DNA of 64,000 nt from Nitrospirota bacterium (GCA_029261165.1 JAJDBV010000015.1:972-64971), one strand, 5' to 3'. Positions 38,249-47,546 are shown, numbered from the stretch's first letter. Numbers and translations: made by a program. The notes: generated by a model from the letters alone, not told the origin.

Positions 38249-39157
38249 ATGGAAAACCTGGGAGAATACCTCCAACAAGCGCGAAAAGCGAAAAAACTGT
38301 CGATTGAAGAAATGGCTTCCCGGACCCGGATCTCGGTCCGCTTTATTCAGGCAATTGAAGAGAACAGGTTTGACCTTCTCCCCAATATGGTCTCGGCAAA
38401 GGGGTTTGTGAGAGGGTATGCCCTATGCCTGGAATTGGATACGGAGGCGGCTCTCGAGGCGTTTTCCGAACTGGTCGAATCGGGAGATCCCCGCAAGGCA
38501 AGGGCGGAGAAGGATGAAGCACCTCCTTATATCCAGGCAGAGAGGCCTGATCGTCTTCCATTTCCATCCTGGGCGGTCATGTCTGTCGGTGCCTTTATCG
38601 TATTTTTGCTCATTCTAACAGTGATCCTTCCAAAGGAAAAGGAAGGAGAGAACGTAACGCCCCCACCTGAAACGACCCCTTTGGAAGAGATTATTTCTCC
38701 AGAGGTGCCTCAGATGCTTGGACCACCCGTTTCGGAAACAGGTGATCAGGATGGAGAATCTCCAGAAGGGGAGGATGTGTCTGAGGCTGAGGAAGAAGAC
38801 GCTTTGCCTGACGCGAAAGAAGAAGTTCCTCTGACGGCTACGGCACCGTTATCAGATCAGGCGTCTGATCATGAACCTGATCTGAGGCCTGAGGAATCTG
38901 TCAATCCTTCTGTCCTGCTTGTTGAGGCGGTTTCCTCCTCTTGGGTTCAAGTCACCATTGACGGGGATGAAATAAAAGAGGCCATGCTTCAACCGAGTGA
39001 TGCGGTTCGGTGGCGGGCGAAGGAGTCATTTTTTTTGACGCTTGGTAATGCGGGCGGTGTCCGGGTCTATCTGGATGGAGAAGATCTTGGTCCGATGGGA
39101 GCGATGGGAAAGGTCGTTCGAAAAGAGATCATCATTGCCGAAGCCATATCTGAGTAA
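38249..39157 (+). CDS. rodZ: RodZ-like cytoskeleton protein (HTH, TM, DUF4115)
   Basis: 302 aa. The XRE-type HTH is LGEYLQQARKAKKLSIEEMASRTRISVRFIQAIEEN. The single TM is AVMSVGAFIVFLLILTVIL. An acidic linker precedes the C-terminal SSWVQVTIDGD...LGNAGGVRVYLDGEDLG. Confidence 0.8.
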   Translation: MENLGEYLQQARKAKKLSIEEMASRTRISVRFIQAIEENRFDLLPNMVSAKGFVRGYALCLELDTEAALEAFSELVESGDPRKARAEKDEAPPYIQAERPDRLPFPSWAVMSVGAFIVFLLILTVILPKEKEGENVTPPPETTPLEEIISPEVPQMLGPPVSETGDQDGESPEGEDVSEAEEEDALPDAKEEVPLTATAPLSDQASDHEPDLRPEESVNPSVLLVEAVSSSWVQVTIDGDEIKEAMLQPSDAVRWRAKESFFLTLGNAGGVRVYLDGEDLGPMGAMGKVVRKEIIIAEAISE

Positions 39158-39202
39158 GACATGCTTGGTGGACCACACCATGCAGTGTTAAGAATAATTT
39201 TT

Positions 39203-39277
39203 GCCGGCGTAGCTCAGGGGTAGAGCAGCTGATTCGTAATCAGCAGGTCGGTGGTTCAATTCCACTCGCCGGCTCCA
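39203..39277 (+). tRNA. tRNA-Thr (anticodon CGT)
   Basis: Manual cloverleaf: acceptor GCCGGCG/CGCCGGC, D-arm GCTC-AGGGGTA-GAGC, anticodon arm GCTGA-TTCGTAA-TCAGC, T-arm GGTGG-TTCAATT-CCACT, discriminator T, encoded CCA. Confidence 0.92.
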
Positions 39278-39285
39278 GTAAAATC

Positions 39286-39318
39286 AATGAGTTAGGAGGA
39301 ATCTTCTAGCTCATTTTT
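39286..39318 (+). terminator. Rho-independent terminator after tRNA-Thr
   Basis: A 9-bp stem AATGAGTTA/TAGCTCATT (one G-U pair) with a 12-nt loop runs into a T5 tract (CTCATTTTT). Confidence 0.5.
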
Positions 39319-39763
39319 ACTTTGGCTGTATAATTTTTATATAGTTCGTTAGTATTGTGTATTATTTGGAGAGTATTCTTGGAAGGTCTTTCTGGAATAA
39401 ATCCAAATTTGAAAGCAACTCTTTAAAATGTCATACTGCCCCCAGAATTCTCAACCAGTTGACTTCCCAGAATAAATTCTCTATATCGAAAATATGGGCG
39501 CAAGAAAATGAGTCTAATGAGACGCTTAGCCGCAGAGAAGCAGAGACAGTCTTACAGAGCCTACTTGATCTTAGGTAAAGGGCATTCTTTGAGTGAAGCG
39601 AAATGTATGTCCTTTACGGTTTACAGGGCCTGAGAAAAGGCGGTGTTCTGGGTGCTGGAACTGAAATCCTCTTCACTCAGCACCTCTTTTATGAACCGAA
39701 TACTTCCCTCAATCGGATCGTTTTTTTATTATATTTGAGTCGAATAACTGTTATAATCGGCCC

Positions 39764-40870
39764 ATGCTCTATAATTGGCAACAAAAAGACTGGCCTGAAT
39801 TTAAATACGACCTCACAGGTGTTGAAGATGTACTGTTTGCACTTGCTGAGAAAGTCGGGCAGGCCAGTGGTCTTCTGAAGGGCCTGCCGGAAAGCACACA
39901 AACCGAAACAGTCATCGATCTGATGGTTTCTGAAGCCATTAAAACTTCAGAGATCGAAGGCGAATATCTTAACCGCAGGGATGTGGTCTCCTCAATCAGA
40001 AACAATCTAGGTTTAAATCAGCATATGGAACAGGTTCGAGACAGGAAGGCGGAAGGGGCAGCCGAGCTGATGATTGATGTTCGGGAGTGCTATGCCGAAG
40101 CACTGAGTAAAGAGAAGCTGTTCTCCTGGCATCGGATGATCATGAAAGGGAGCCGGGGGATTAAAGCGGGTGACTGGCGATCTCATGAAGCACCCATGCA
40201 GGTGGTCTCCGGCCTGATTGGAAAAGAAAAAGTTCATTATGAAGCACCCCCTTCCAACCGGGTCCCGGAGGAAATGAAACACTTTGTCACGTGGTTTAAT
40301 GACACAGGCCCAAACGGAAAAAATGAGATCAAGAAACCAGTCGTCCGCTCCGCGATTGCCCATCTCTATTTTGAAACCATTCATCCTTTTGAAGATGGAA
40401 ATGGGAGAATCGGGCGGGCACTCTCTGAAAAAGCCTTGTCACGAGGGGTAGGTCGGCCCATCCTGCTCAGCCTGTCCAGAACCATCGCGGCAAACAGAAA
40501 CCTTTATTATGACGCACTCCAAGCCGGGCAACGATCAAATGAGATTACACCCTGGATCACATACTTTGTGAATATGGTGTTCGATGCACAAATCCAGGCA
40601 GAATCGCAAATTGACTTTACATTAAAGAAAACGAAATTCTTTGATCGCTTTAGAGATCAACTGAATGCGCGTCAACACCGTGTTGCTCGCCGAATGCTGG
40701 AAGAAGGGCCGAAAGGATTTGAAGGCGGTATGAGTACCAAGAAATACATCACTCTGACCCACACATCAAAAGCGACCGCAACAAGGGATTTACAAGACCT
40801 GGTCAAAAAAGGGGCTTTCATTTCTTTCGGAGGCGGACGGAGTACGCGTTATGAGGTGAATCTTGGATAG
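39764..40870 (+). CDS. fic: Fic/DOC-family protein (AMPylation-competent motif, class II N-terminal inhibitory helix, C-terminal wHTH)
   Basis: 368 aa. The canonical Fic motif HPFEDGNGRIGR is present, as is the inhibitory motif TSEIEG, which fits (S/T)xxxE(G/N), at residues 61-66. The gene sits in an AT-rich context directly after a tRNA. Confidence 0.9.
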   Translation: MLYNWQQKDWPEFKYDLTGVEDVLFALAEKVGQASGLLKGLPESTQTETVIDLMVSEAIKTSEIEGEYLNRRDVVSSIRNNLGLNQHMEQVRDRKAEGAAELMIDVRECYAEALSKEKLFSWHRMIMKGSRGIKAGDWRSHEAPMQVVSGLIGKEKVHYEAPPSNRVPEEMKHFVTWFNDTGPNGKNEIKKPVVRSAIAHLYFETIHPFEDGNGRIGRALSEKALSRGVGRPILLSLSRTIAANRNLYYDALQAGQRSNEITPWITYFVNMVFDAQIQAESQIDFTLKKTKFFDRFRDQLNARQHRVARRMLEEGPKGFEGGMSTKKYITLTHTSKATATRDLQDLVKKGAFISFGGGRSTRYEVNLG

Positions 40871-40884
40871 GATAGAAGAGGTGA

Positions 40885-41298
40885 GTTAATGTTGAGAAAG
40901 CAATTATTACATTAAAACAATTAAATGATTTGGGAATCGACATTTCAATCGATGACATCGGTATCGGATATTCTTCCTTAAACTGCCTCAGGCGTCTTCC
41001 AATCCAAGAACTTAAGATCGACCAATCATTCATCTGTGAACTTACATTCAATTTGAATGACACGGTTATTATTGAGGCAATCATATCCTTGGCGCATAAC
41101 CTGAAGTTGCGAGTCATTGCAGAAGGTATCGAGACCTTTGATCAACTCAAGATCCTTAAATCCTTGCATTGTAACGAAGGACAGGGATATCTCTTCGGTA
41201 AACCCATGGAGACTGAGGAGACAACACGATTCCTCATCAGCAAGGGAAAACAGCTAGAATTAAATCCAGGGACAGTGGGACATCCCAGCAACAGCTAG
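40885..41298 (+). pseudogene. C-terminal fragment of an EAL-domain c-di-GMP phosphodiesterase
   Basis: The reading frame opens right after TGA 40882-40884 and encodes only the distal half of an EAL domain: ISIDDIGIGYSSL, LKIDQSF, VIAEGIETFDQL, GQGYLFGKP. The EAL/E-x-L proximal half and any sensory domains are absent. Confidence 0.7.
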
Positions 41299-41367
41299 AC
41301 TTGTGAAGACCGGGCAAGCGCGCTGATCGCCCGAGCAAGAAAACCATGAGAAAAGGAGGTATTCAGG

Positions 41368-41769
41368 ATGGATATAACTAAAGTTTTGATTGTGGATGAT
41401 GATCCCGACATCATTGAGACTGTTCGGTTTCGCCTTGATCAGGAAGGTTTTTAGGTAATCACCGCGACGAATGGATGGGAAGCCTTAGGCGCGGTGAGAG
41501 CCCGTGAGCCCGATCTTGTGATCCTGGATGTGATGATGCCGAAAGAGAATGGCTATCAGGTGGCCAGAATGATCAAGGAGGATCAACAAGAGGGATGGCG
41601 TTCAAAAAAGACCCGTGTGATTCTACTGACAGCACGAAACCTTAAGGATGACCCGGAGTAGGAGAAGATGTACCGGTCATTTACTGAAGCGGATGCGGTC
41701 ATCTACAAACCCTTTGAGATGGATGAATTACTTAAACAGATCGGCGGTCTACTCACAGAGTCCGTGTAG
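41368..41769 (+). pseudogene. CheY-like receiver-domain gene with two internal amber stops
   Basis: A strong RBS (AAAGGAGG at 41352-41359) precedes ATG 41368. The frame reads MDITKVLIVDDDPDIIETVRFRLDQEGF*VITATNGWEALGAVRAREPDLVILDVMMPKENGY...LLTARNLKDDPE*EKMYRSFTEADAVIYKPFEMDELL. The in-frame TAGs are at 41452 and 41659, and the terminal TAG is at 41767. Confidence 0.75.
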
Positions 41770-42086
41770 CGAGCCAAGGTGAAGGGCGTGATCCTGAGGG
41801 AAATAAGACTCCCGATCATTGGTGATGCGCCGGAAATTGTCGAGGCGGTTTCCTTTACCTTGGAAATGAAGGGGACGGTGGGTAGGCAAGCAGTGAGACC
41901 CGGCGGTTCGCCACAGCCAATTCCTAAGGGCGTCTGCAATTCATTCCACGGTCGATGTCTCTTCATCAGCCTTCCTCTATCTATTTGCAAGCTGATCAGA
42001 CATCATGTATCATTATTGGTATATTGATCCAAGGTTTTTCAATCCTGGATGTTCAGAAATATTAGAATAGTGAGTAAGGCTTTTGT

Positions 42087-44765
42087 ATGGATGATCCCGG
42101 CTCCCGCTCTGATCTGGACTTAGACGCTGATCCTGAAGAAACCCGGGAATGGCTCGATTCTTTAAGTGCCGTGATTCAACACGAGGGGCCGGAACGGGCA
42201 CATTTTCTCTTGCAGAAACTGATCGATCAAGCACGCCGTTCCGGCGCTTATCTGCCCTACAAGGCGACGACAGCCTACTTAAATACCATTCCCGCCCATC
42301 TTGGTGATCGCAGTCCTGGAGACCAGGAGATCGAATGGCGCGTCCGTACTATGATTCGCTGGAACGCCATGGTCACTGTGGTCAGAGCCAACCGCAAGGC
42401 GGGTGAACTGGGAGGGCATATTGCCAGTTTCGCATCCGCCGCTACCCTCTATGATGTAGGTTTCAATCATTTCTTCCGCGGCCCGGATCACCCCGGAGGC
42501 GGTGACTTGGTTTACTTTCAGGGGCACTCCGCACCCGGCATCTATGCCCGTGCCTTTCTGGAGGGGAGATTGACGGAGACGCAGTTGGATCATTACCGAC
42601 AGGATGTTGACGGCAAAGGTCTGAGTTCCTATCCTCATCCTTGGCTGATGCCTGATTTTTGGCAGATGCCGACTGTCTCCATGGGACTTGGACCCATGAT
42701 GGCCATTTATCAGGCGCGTTTTCTCTCTTATCTACACAATCGGGGGCTGGCAGGCACCTCTCAACGGAAGGTTTGGGCCTTTCTCGGCGATGGCGAATGC
42801 GATGAGCCGGAATCGTTGGGGGCGCTCTCTCTTGCCGGACGGGAAAAGCTGGATAACCTTATCTTTGTGGTCAATTGCAATCTGCAGCGCCTCGATGGCC
42901 CGGTCCGTGGCAACGGCAAGATCATCCAGGAGTTGGAGGGGGTCTTTCGCGGTGCGGGGTGGAATGTCATCAAGGTCATCTGGGGTTCTTATTGGGATCC
43001 TTTGCTGGCAACAGATCATGATGGTTTATTACAAAAGCGAATGGAAGAAACCTGCGACGGTGAATATCAGAATTGCAAGGCGCATGGCGGCGCTTATACA
43101 CGCGAACATTTTTTCGGCCGATACCCGGAACTCAAACAACGAGTTGCCCATCTTTCTGATCGCGACATCTGGCACTTAAATCGCGGAGGCCATGATCCAC
43201 ATAAGGTTTATGCTGCCTATGCTGCGGCGGTAAAGCAGAAAGGTCGTCCCACGGTCATTTTGGCCAAGACCGTCAAAGGCTACGGCATGGGCGAGGCCGG
43301 TGAAGGTCAGAATATTACCCATCAGCAGAAGAAAATGGACATTGAGTCTATCCGTGCTTTCCGTGACCGCTTTAATCTGCCTATTCCGGATGATCAATTG
43401 GAAGCGCTCCCTTTCTATCGTCCATCGGAAGACTCTGCAGAGATCAAGTATCTCAAGGCACGGCGCAAGGCTCTGGGGGGCTGGCTCCCTCAGCGACAGT
43501 CCATTGCGCCAAAGCTGAAGGTGCCGGGATTGAACGCATTTGAGACCATCACCAGGGGGACCGCGCCGGGTCGGAAAATTTCGACGACCATGGCCTTTGT
43601 CCGTTGTTTGTCCGTCCTGCTGCGCGACAAGACGATGGGCCCTTCCATCGTCCCGATCGTCGCCGATGAGGCCCGGACCTTCGGCATGGAGGGGATGTTT
43701 CGACAGTTGGGCATCTATTCTGCTGAAGGCCAAAAATACGAGCCGATGGACTCGGATCAGGTCATGTATTACCGGGAGGATAAAAAAGGACAGATTCTCC
43801 AGGAAGGGATCAATGAAGCAGGGGCCTTTTCATCCTGGCTTGCCGCCGCGACGGCGTACAGTACCTGCGGTGTCCCGATGATTCCCTTCTATATCTTTTA
43901 TTCCATGTTCGGTTTTCAACGGATTGGTGATCTGGCCTGGGCAGCCGGGGACATGCGTGCGCGTGGCTTTCTCCTGGGGGGCACCTCTGGCCGGACCACC
44001 CTTAACGGAGAGGGTTTGCAGCATCAGGATGGACAGAGCCACTTGATGGCCGCGAACATTCCCAATTGTGTCTCGTATGATCCGGCCTTTGCCTATGAGG
44101 TCGCGATCATCTTGCGGAATGGCCTCAAGCGTATGCTGGAGGATCAGGAGGATGTGTTTTATTATATCACCCTGATGAATGAAAATTATGCGCAGCCGGC
44201 ATTGCCTCAAGGCAAGGAAGCTGGAATATTGAAAGGACTTTATCTGTTCAGAGACGCAGGTGAAGGCGGACAAAAGGTTCAGTTGATGGGGAGCGGGGCG
44301 ATTTTGAATGAGGCGATTTATGCCGCTGATCTGCTGGAGAAAGACTTCGAAGTGAAAGCCAATGTGTGGAGTGCGACGAGCTTTACTGCTTTGCGCCGGG
44401 ATGGTCTGGAAGTTGAACGTTTGAATCTCCGTGGAGCCGGGGGAAAAGCGAGGCAGAATTATGTGACCCAATGTCTTTCAAATCATGGAGGTCCGGTTAT
44501 TGCTGCAAGCGATTACATGAAGGCCTACGCCGATCAGATTCGTGCCTTTGTGCCGAATGACTACCATGTCCTCGGGACGGATGGCTTTGGCCGCAGTGAT
44601 ACACGCGCCCGCTTGCGTCATTTCTTTGAAGTGGATCGTTTTCATATTGCGTATACGGCGATCGTCGCGCTTGTTCGCCGGGGCGATCTGCCCAGAAAGA
44701 CCGTGAAAGCTGCCGCGAAAAAATACGGGATAAATCCCGCAAAACCAATGCCAGTGAACTGCTGA
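42087..44765 (+). CDS. aceE: Pyruvate dehydrogenase E1 component (homodimeric type)
   Basis: 892 aa, the AceE-type length. The sequence includes DPEETREWLDSL, YLNTIP, GHIASFASAATLY and GDGECDEPESLGA. It is followed by E2 and E3. Confidence 0.95.
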   Translation: MDDPGSRSDLDLDADPEETREWLDSLSAVIQHEGPERAHFLLQKLIDQARRSGAYLPYKATTAYLNTIPAHLGDRSPGDQEIEWRVRTMIRWNAMVTVVRANRKAGELGGHIASFASAATLYDVGFNHFFRGPDHPGGGDLVYFQGHSAPGIYARAFLEGRLTETQLDHYRQDVDGKGLSSYPHPWLMPDFWQMPTVSMGLGPMMAIYQARFLSYLHNRGLAGTSQRKVWAFLGDGECDEPESLGALSLAGREKLDNLIFVVNCNLQRLDGPVRGNGKIIQELEGVFRGAGWNVIKVIWGSYWDPLLATDHDGLLQKRMEETCDGEYQNCKAHGGAYTREHFFGRYPELKQRVAHLSDRDIWHLNRGGHDPHKVYAAYAAAVKQKGRPTVILAKTVKGYGMGEAGEGQNITHQQKKMDIESIRAFRDRFNLPIPDDQLEALPFYRPSEDSAEIKYLKARRKALGGWLPQRQSIAPKLKVPGLNAFETITRGTAPGRKISTTMAFVRCLSVLLRDKTMGPSIVPIVADEARTFGMEGMFRQLGIYSAEGQKYEPMDSDQVMYYREDKKGQILQEGINEAGAFSSWLAAATAYSTCGVPMIPFYIFYSMFGFQRIGDLAWAAGDMRARGFLLGGTSGRTTLNGEGLQHQDGQSHLMAANIPNCVSYDPAFAYEVAIILRNGLKRMLEDQEDVFYYITLMNENYAQPALPQGKEAGILKGLYLFRDAGEGGQKVQLMGSGAILNEAIYAADLLEKDFEVKANVWSATSFTALRRDGLEVERLNLRGAGGKARQNYVTQCLSNHGGPVIAASDYMKAYADQIRAFVPNDYHVLGTDGFGRSDTRARLRHFFEVDRFHIAYTAIVALVRRGDLPRKTVKAAAKKYGINPAKPMPVNC

Positions 44766-44781
44766 GAGAAAGCGTACCTTC

Positions 44782-46092
44782 TTGCCGAAATCGAAAGAAA
44801 TCAAAGTGCCCGATATTGGCGATTTTAAGGGAGTGGATGTGATCGAAGTGCTTGTCCATGAGGGCGACCAAATTTCTGCTGAGGACCCATTGTTAACCCT
44901 GGAGACAGACAAGGCTGCAATGGAAATTCCGGCACCCGAAGCCGGAATTGTCCGTGAAGTAAAAGTGGCCGTTGGTGACAAGATATCACAAGGAGAGGTC
45001 ATCTTTCTTTTGGAAGTAGAAAGCAAAGGAGGTTCAGAATTACCGAAATCCGGAACGAAAGCTGGCAAGGCGAAGTCGATTTCAGAAGTGGATCCGGCAC
45101 CTGTTTCTCAAGAGAAACAGGTCGCATCTGAGCCAACACGATCCGTTCCGGGACCTGAAAAAGAAAGTTTTTCCTTGCCCATGGATGACCCGGAAAGCAA
45201 TGACTTACGGCTTCCATTGGCGTCTCCGGCGATACGGCGCTTGGCCCGTGAACTGGGTGTTGCCCTGCATCAAGTCAAAGGAAGCGGCCCGTCGGGCCGT
45301 ATCCTTAAAGAGGATATCCAGGGGCATGTAAAGGCGTGTTTGAAAGAAAGGGACCACCCGCCGTTGACCCAGACGGAGATTGATTTTTCCCGATTCGGAG
45401 AAATCAGCACAGCGCCTTTGAGCCGTATTAATAAAATTTCCAGTATCCGCCTCCAACGCAGTTGGAACGTGATTCCACATGTCACCCAGCATGACGAGGC
45501 CGACATTACAAAGATGGAAGCCTTCCGCAAGGAGAGCCGGCCTGAGGCGGAAAAGCGGGGTGCTAAAATGACACCCGTGGTTTTTCTCATCAAGGCCTGC
45601 GTTGCGGCATTAAAACAATACCCAAAATTCAATGCCTCCTTGTCGTCAGATGGCGAGACATTAATTCTCAAACACTACTATCATATCGGCGTCGCGGTCG
45701 ATACCCCGGACGGCCTCCTGGTTCCCGTTCTCCGTGATTGCGATCAGAAAAGCTTACTTGATCTGGCCGTGGAGTTAAGAGAACTCAGTCAGCGTTCACG
45801 GGAAAAAAGACTGACGCTGGATGAAATGCAGGGAGGCTGTTTTACAATCTCCAGCTTGGGGGGGATTGGAGGAACCGCCTTCACTCCGATCATCAACGCA
45901 CCTGAAGTTGCCATACTCGGAGTTTCCCGGGCAAGTCAAAAACCCGTCTATCAAGCGGGGGTATTTGTTCCACGGCTTATTCTCCCTTTCTCTTTGTCTT
46001 ATGACCACCGGGTCATTGACGGGGCGGCCGCAGTACGTTTTACCCAATATCTGAGTCATCTCTTGTCTGATATTCGAGGATTACTCCTTTGA
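44782..46092 (+). CDS. aceF: Dihydrolipoamide acetyltransferase E2 (single lipoyl domain)
   Basis: 436 aa with TTG start. It has a lipoyl domain with LETDKAAMEIPAP, an E3-binding domain (ASPAIRRLARELGV) and a catalytic SLSYDHRVIDGA motif. Confidence 0.93.
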   Translation: MPKSKEIKVPDIGDFKGVDVIEVLVHEGDQISAEDPLLTLETDKAAMEIPAPEAGIVREVKVAVGDKISQGEVIFLLEVESKGGSELPKSGTKAGKAKSISEVDPAPVSQEKQVASEPTRSVPGPEKESFSLPMDDPESNDLRLPLASPAIRRLARELGVALHQVKGSGPSGRILKEDIQGHVKACLKERDHPPLTQTEIDFSRFGEISTAPLSRINKISSIRLQRSWNVIPHVTQHDEADITKMEAFRKESRPEAEKRGAKMTPVVFLIKACVAALKQYPKFNASLSSDGETLILKHYYHIGVAVDTPDGLLVPVLRDCDQKSLLDLAVELRELSQRSREKRLTLDEMQGGCFTISSLGGIGGTAFTPIINAPEVAILGVSRASQKPVYQAGVFVPRLILPFSLSYDHRVIDGAAAVRFTQYLSHLLSDIRGLLL

Positions 46093-47546
46093 ACCAGCAA
46101 CATTCCAACATCGACAAATCTACGAAAGAGACGCTTCATGCCGAGGTGCTTGTCCTCGGTTCGGGTCCCGGCGGCTATACGGCGGCCTTTCGCGCTGCGG
46201 ACCTTGGAAAAAAGGTGCTTCTTGTGGAGCGTTATGGAACGCTCGGCGGTGTCTGCCTGAATGTCGGCTGCATCCCTTCTAAAGCGCTTTTACATACGGC
46301 CCAGGTGATTAATGAAGCGGAATCCATGGTCAAACAGGGCATTCACTTCGGAAATCCAAAAATTGACCTCGATCAATTGCGTTCTTTCGAGCGGGGGGTG
46401 GTTCAAAAATTGACACGCGGCCTTTCGGCCCTGGCCAAAAAGAGGAGCGTACAGGTGGTACACGGTACAGGCCGATTTCTCTCCCCTCATTCTCTCCAGG
46501 TCGAAAATGGAAAAGAGGTACAAGGTATTTCATTTGATCAATGCATTATTGCCGCAGGATCTCATGCAATCAAACCCGCCGTCTTTCCCTGGGATGATTC
46601 TCGGATGATGGATTCGACCGGTGCCCTGGCGCTTCAGGATATTCCGGATCATCTGTTGGTGGTGGGGGGCGGGATTATTGGCCTGGAAATGGCGTGTGTC
46701 TTTCAAGCACTGGGTGCCAATGTCAGCGTTGTCGAAATGACCGATCAACTCATGCCGGGAAGTGATCAGGATTTGATTCGGCCGCTTCACAAATATTTAA
46801 AGGCACATTATGAAGCCATCTTTCTCAATACCCGGGTGACAGAAATTCAGGTTCAAAAGAGAGGACTGAAAGCCTATTTTGAGGGTTCGGGTGCGCCGGA
46901 GGCTTCGATTTACGACCGTATTCTGGTGGCCGTGGGTCGCGCACCCAACGGAAAGACGCTCAATGCAGAAGCGGCAGGGATCCACGTTGATGCGCGAGGA
47001 TTTATACCGGTTGACAAAAACCAGCGAACCAACGCCACCCACATTTTTGCCATTGGGGATATTGTGGGCCAACCGATGCTGGCACACAAGGCAACACATG
47101 AAGGCCGCATTGCCGCCGAAGTCTCCGCCGGAATGAACAGCGCTTTTGACGCGCGTGTGATTCCGTCGGTTGCTTATACCGATCCGGAGATCGCCTGGGT
47201 CGGACTCACTGAACGAGATGCTTTAGATCGCGGCATCACCTATGGAAAGGGCGTTTTCCCCTGGGCGGCGAGCGGGCGTGCACTGGGATTGGGTCGCAGT
47301 GAAGGTGTGACCAAGCTCCTGTTTGATCCGGAGACCAAGCAGGTTGTCGGGATGGGTGCCGTCGGGGTCCATGCCGGAGACCTGGTGTCCGAAGCCGCTC
47401 TGGCTATCGAGATGGGCTGCACGGCCGAAGACCTCAGTCTGACCATACACCCACATCCGACGCTGTCGGAAACAGTTGCCATGGCAGCGGACACATTTTC
47501 CGGAACCATTACCGATCTCTATATCCCGAAAAGAAGAAAAAAGTAA
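46089..47546 (+). CDS. lpdA: Dihydrolipoyl dehydrogenase E3
   Basis: 485 aa. FAD-binding site VLGSGPGGY, redox disulfide GGVCLNVGCIPSK, and C-terminal HAHPTLSE-like HPHPTLSE. Confidence 0.95.
   Translation: MNQQHSNIDKSTKETLHAEVLVLGSGPGGYTAAFRAADLGKKVLLVERYGTLGGVCLNVGCIPSKALLHTAQVINEAESMVKQGIHFGNPKIDLDQLRSFERGVVQKLTRGLSALAKKRSVQVVHGTGRFLSPHSLQVENGKEVQGISFDQCIIAAGSHAIKPAVFPWDDSRMMDSTGALALQDIPDHLLVVGGGIIGLEMACVFQALGANVSVVEMTDQLMPGSDQDLIRPLHKYLKAHYEAIFLNTRVTEIQVQKRGLKAYFEGSGAPEASIYDRILVAVGRAPNGKTLNAEAAGIHVDARGFIPVDKNQRTNATHIFAIGDIVGQPMLAHKATHEGRIAAEVSAGMNSAFDARVIPSVAYTDPEIAWVGLTERDALDRGITYGKGVFPWAASGRALGLGRSEGVTKLLFDPETKQVVGMGAVGVHAGDLVSEAALAIEMGCTAEDLSLTIHPHPTLSETVAMAADTFSGTITDLYIPKRRKK

Noticed and set aside
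39357-39878. ORFs 39357..39578 (73 aa) and 39603..39878 (91 aa) upstream of Fic, considered as a possible FicA-type antitoxin.
   Set aside because: Neither contains an (S/T)xxxE(G/N) inhibitory motif in a helical context, neither has a credible RBS, and the second overlaps the Fic start. Fic carries its own in-cis inhibitory motif, so no antitoxin is expected.
41452-41661. Programmed amber recoding (for example pyrrolysine) in the receiver gene with two in-frame TAGs.
   Set aside because: TAG serves as a normal terminator for acpP, fabF and others in this window. No pyl-like genes or suppressor tRNA are visible here, and the neighbouring genes are clearly decaying. Pseudogenisation is the simpler explanation.
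41779-42027. An 82-aa ORF upstream of aceE, considered as a functional gene.
   Set aside because: Only its first ~30 residues resemble a receiver-domain N-terminus (with the acidic pair degraded to GD), and the rest is nonsense-like. I interpret it as another remnant and mention it under the islet finding.
42091-42105. A direct repeat of the tRNA-Thr 3' end as the distal attachment site of the islet (CCGGCTCC at the start of aceE; CAATTCATTCCAC at about 41935).
   Set aside because: The matches to the tRNA 3' end are only 7-8 nt, one lies inside the conserved aceE coding sequence, and there is no integrase. This is indistinguishable from chance.
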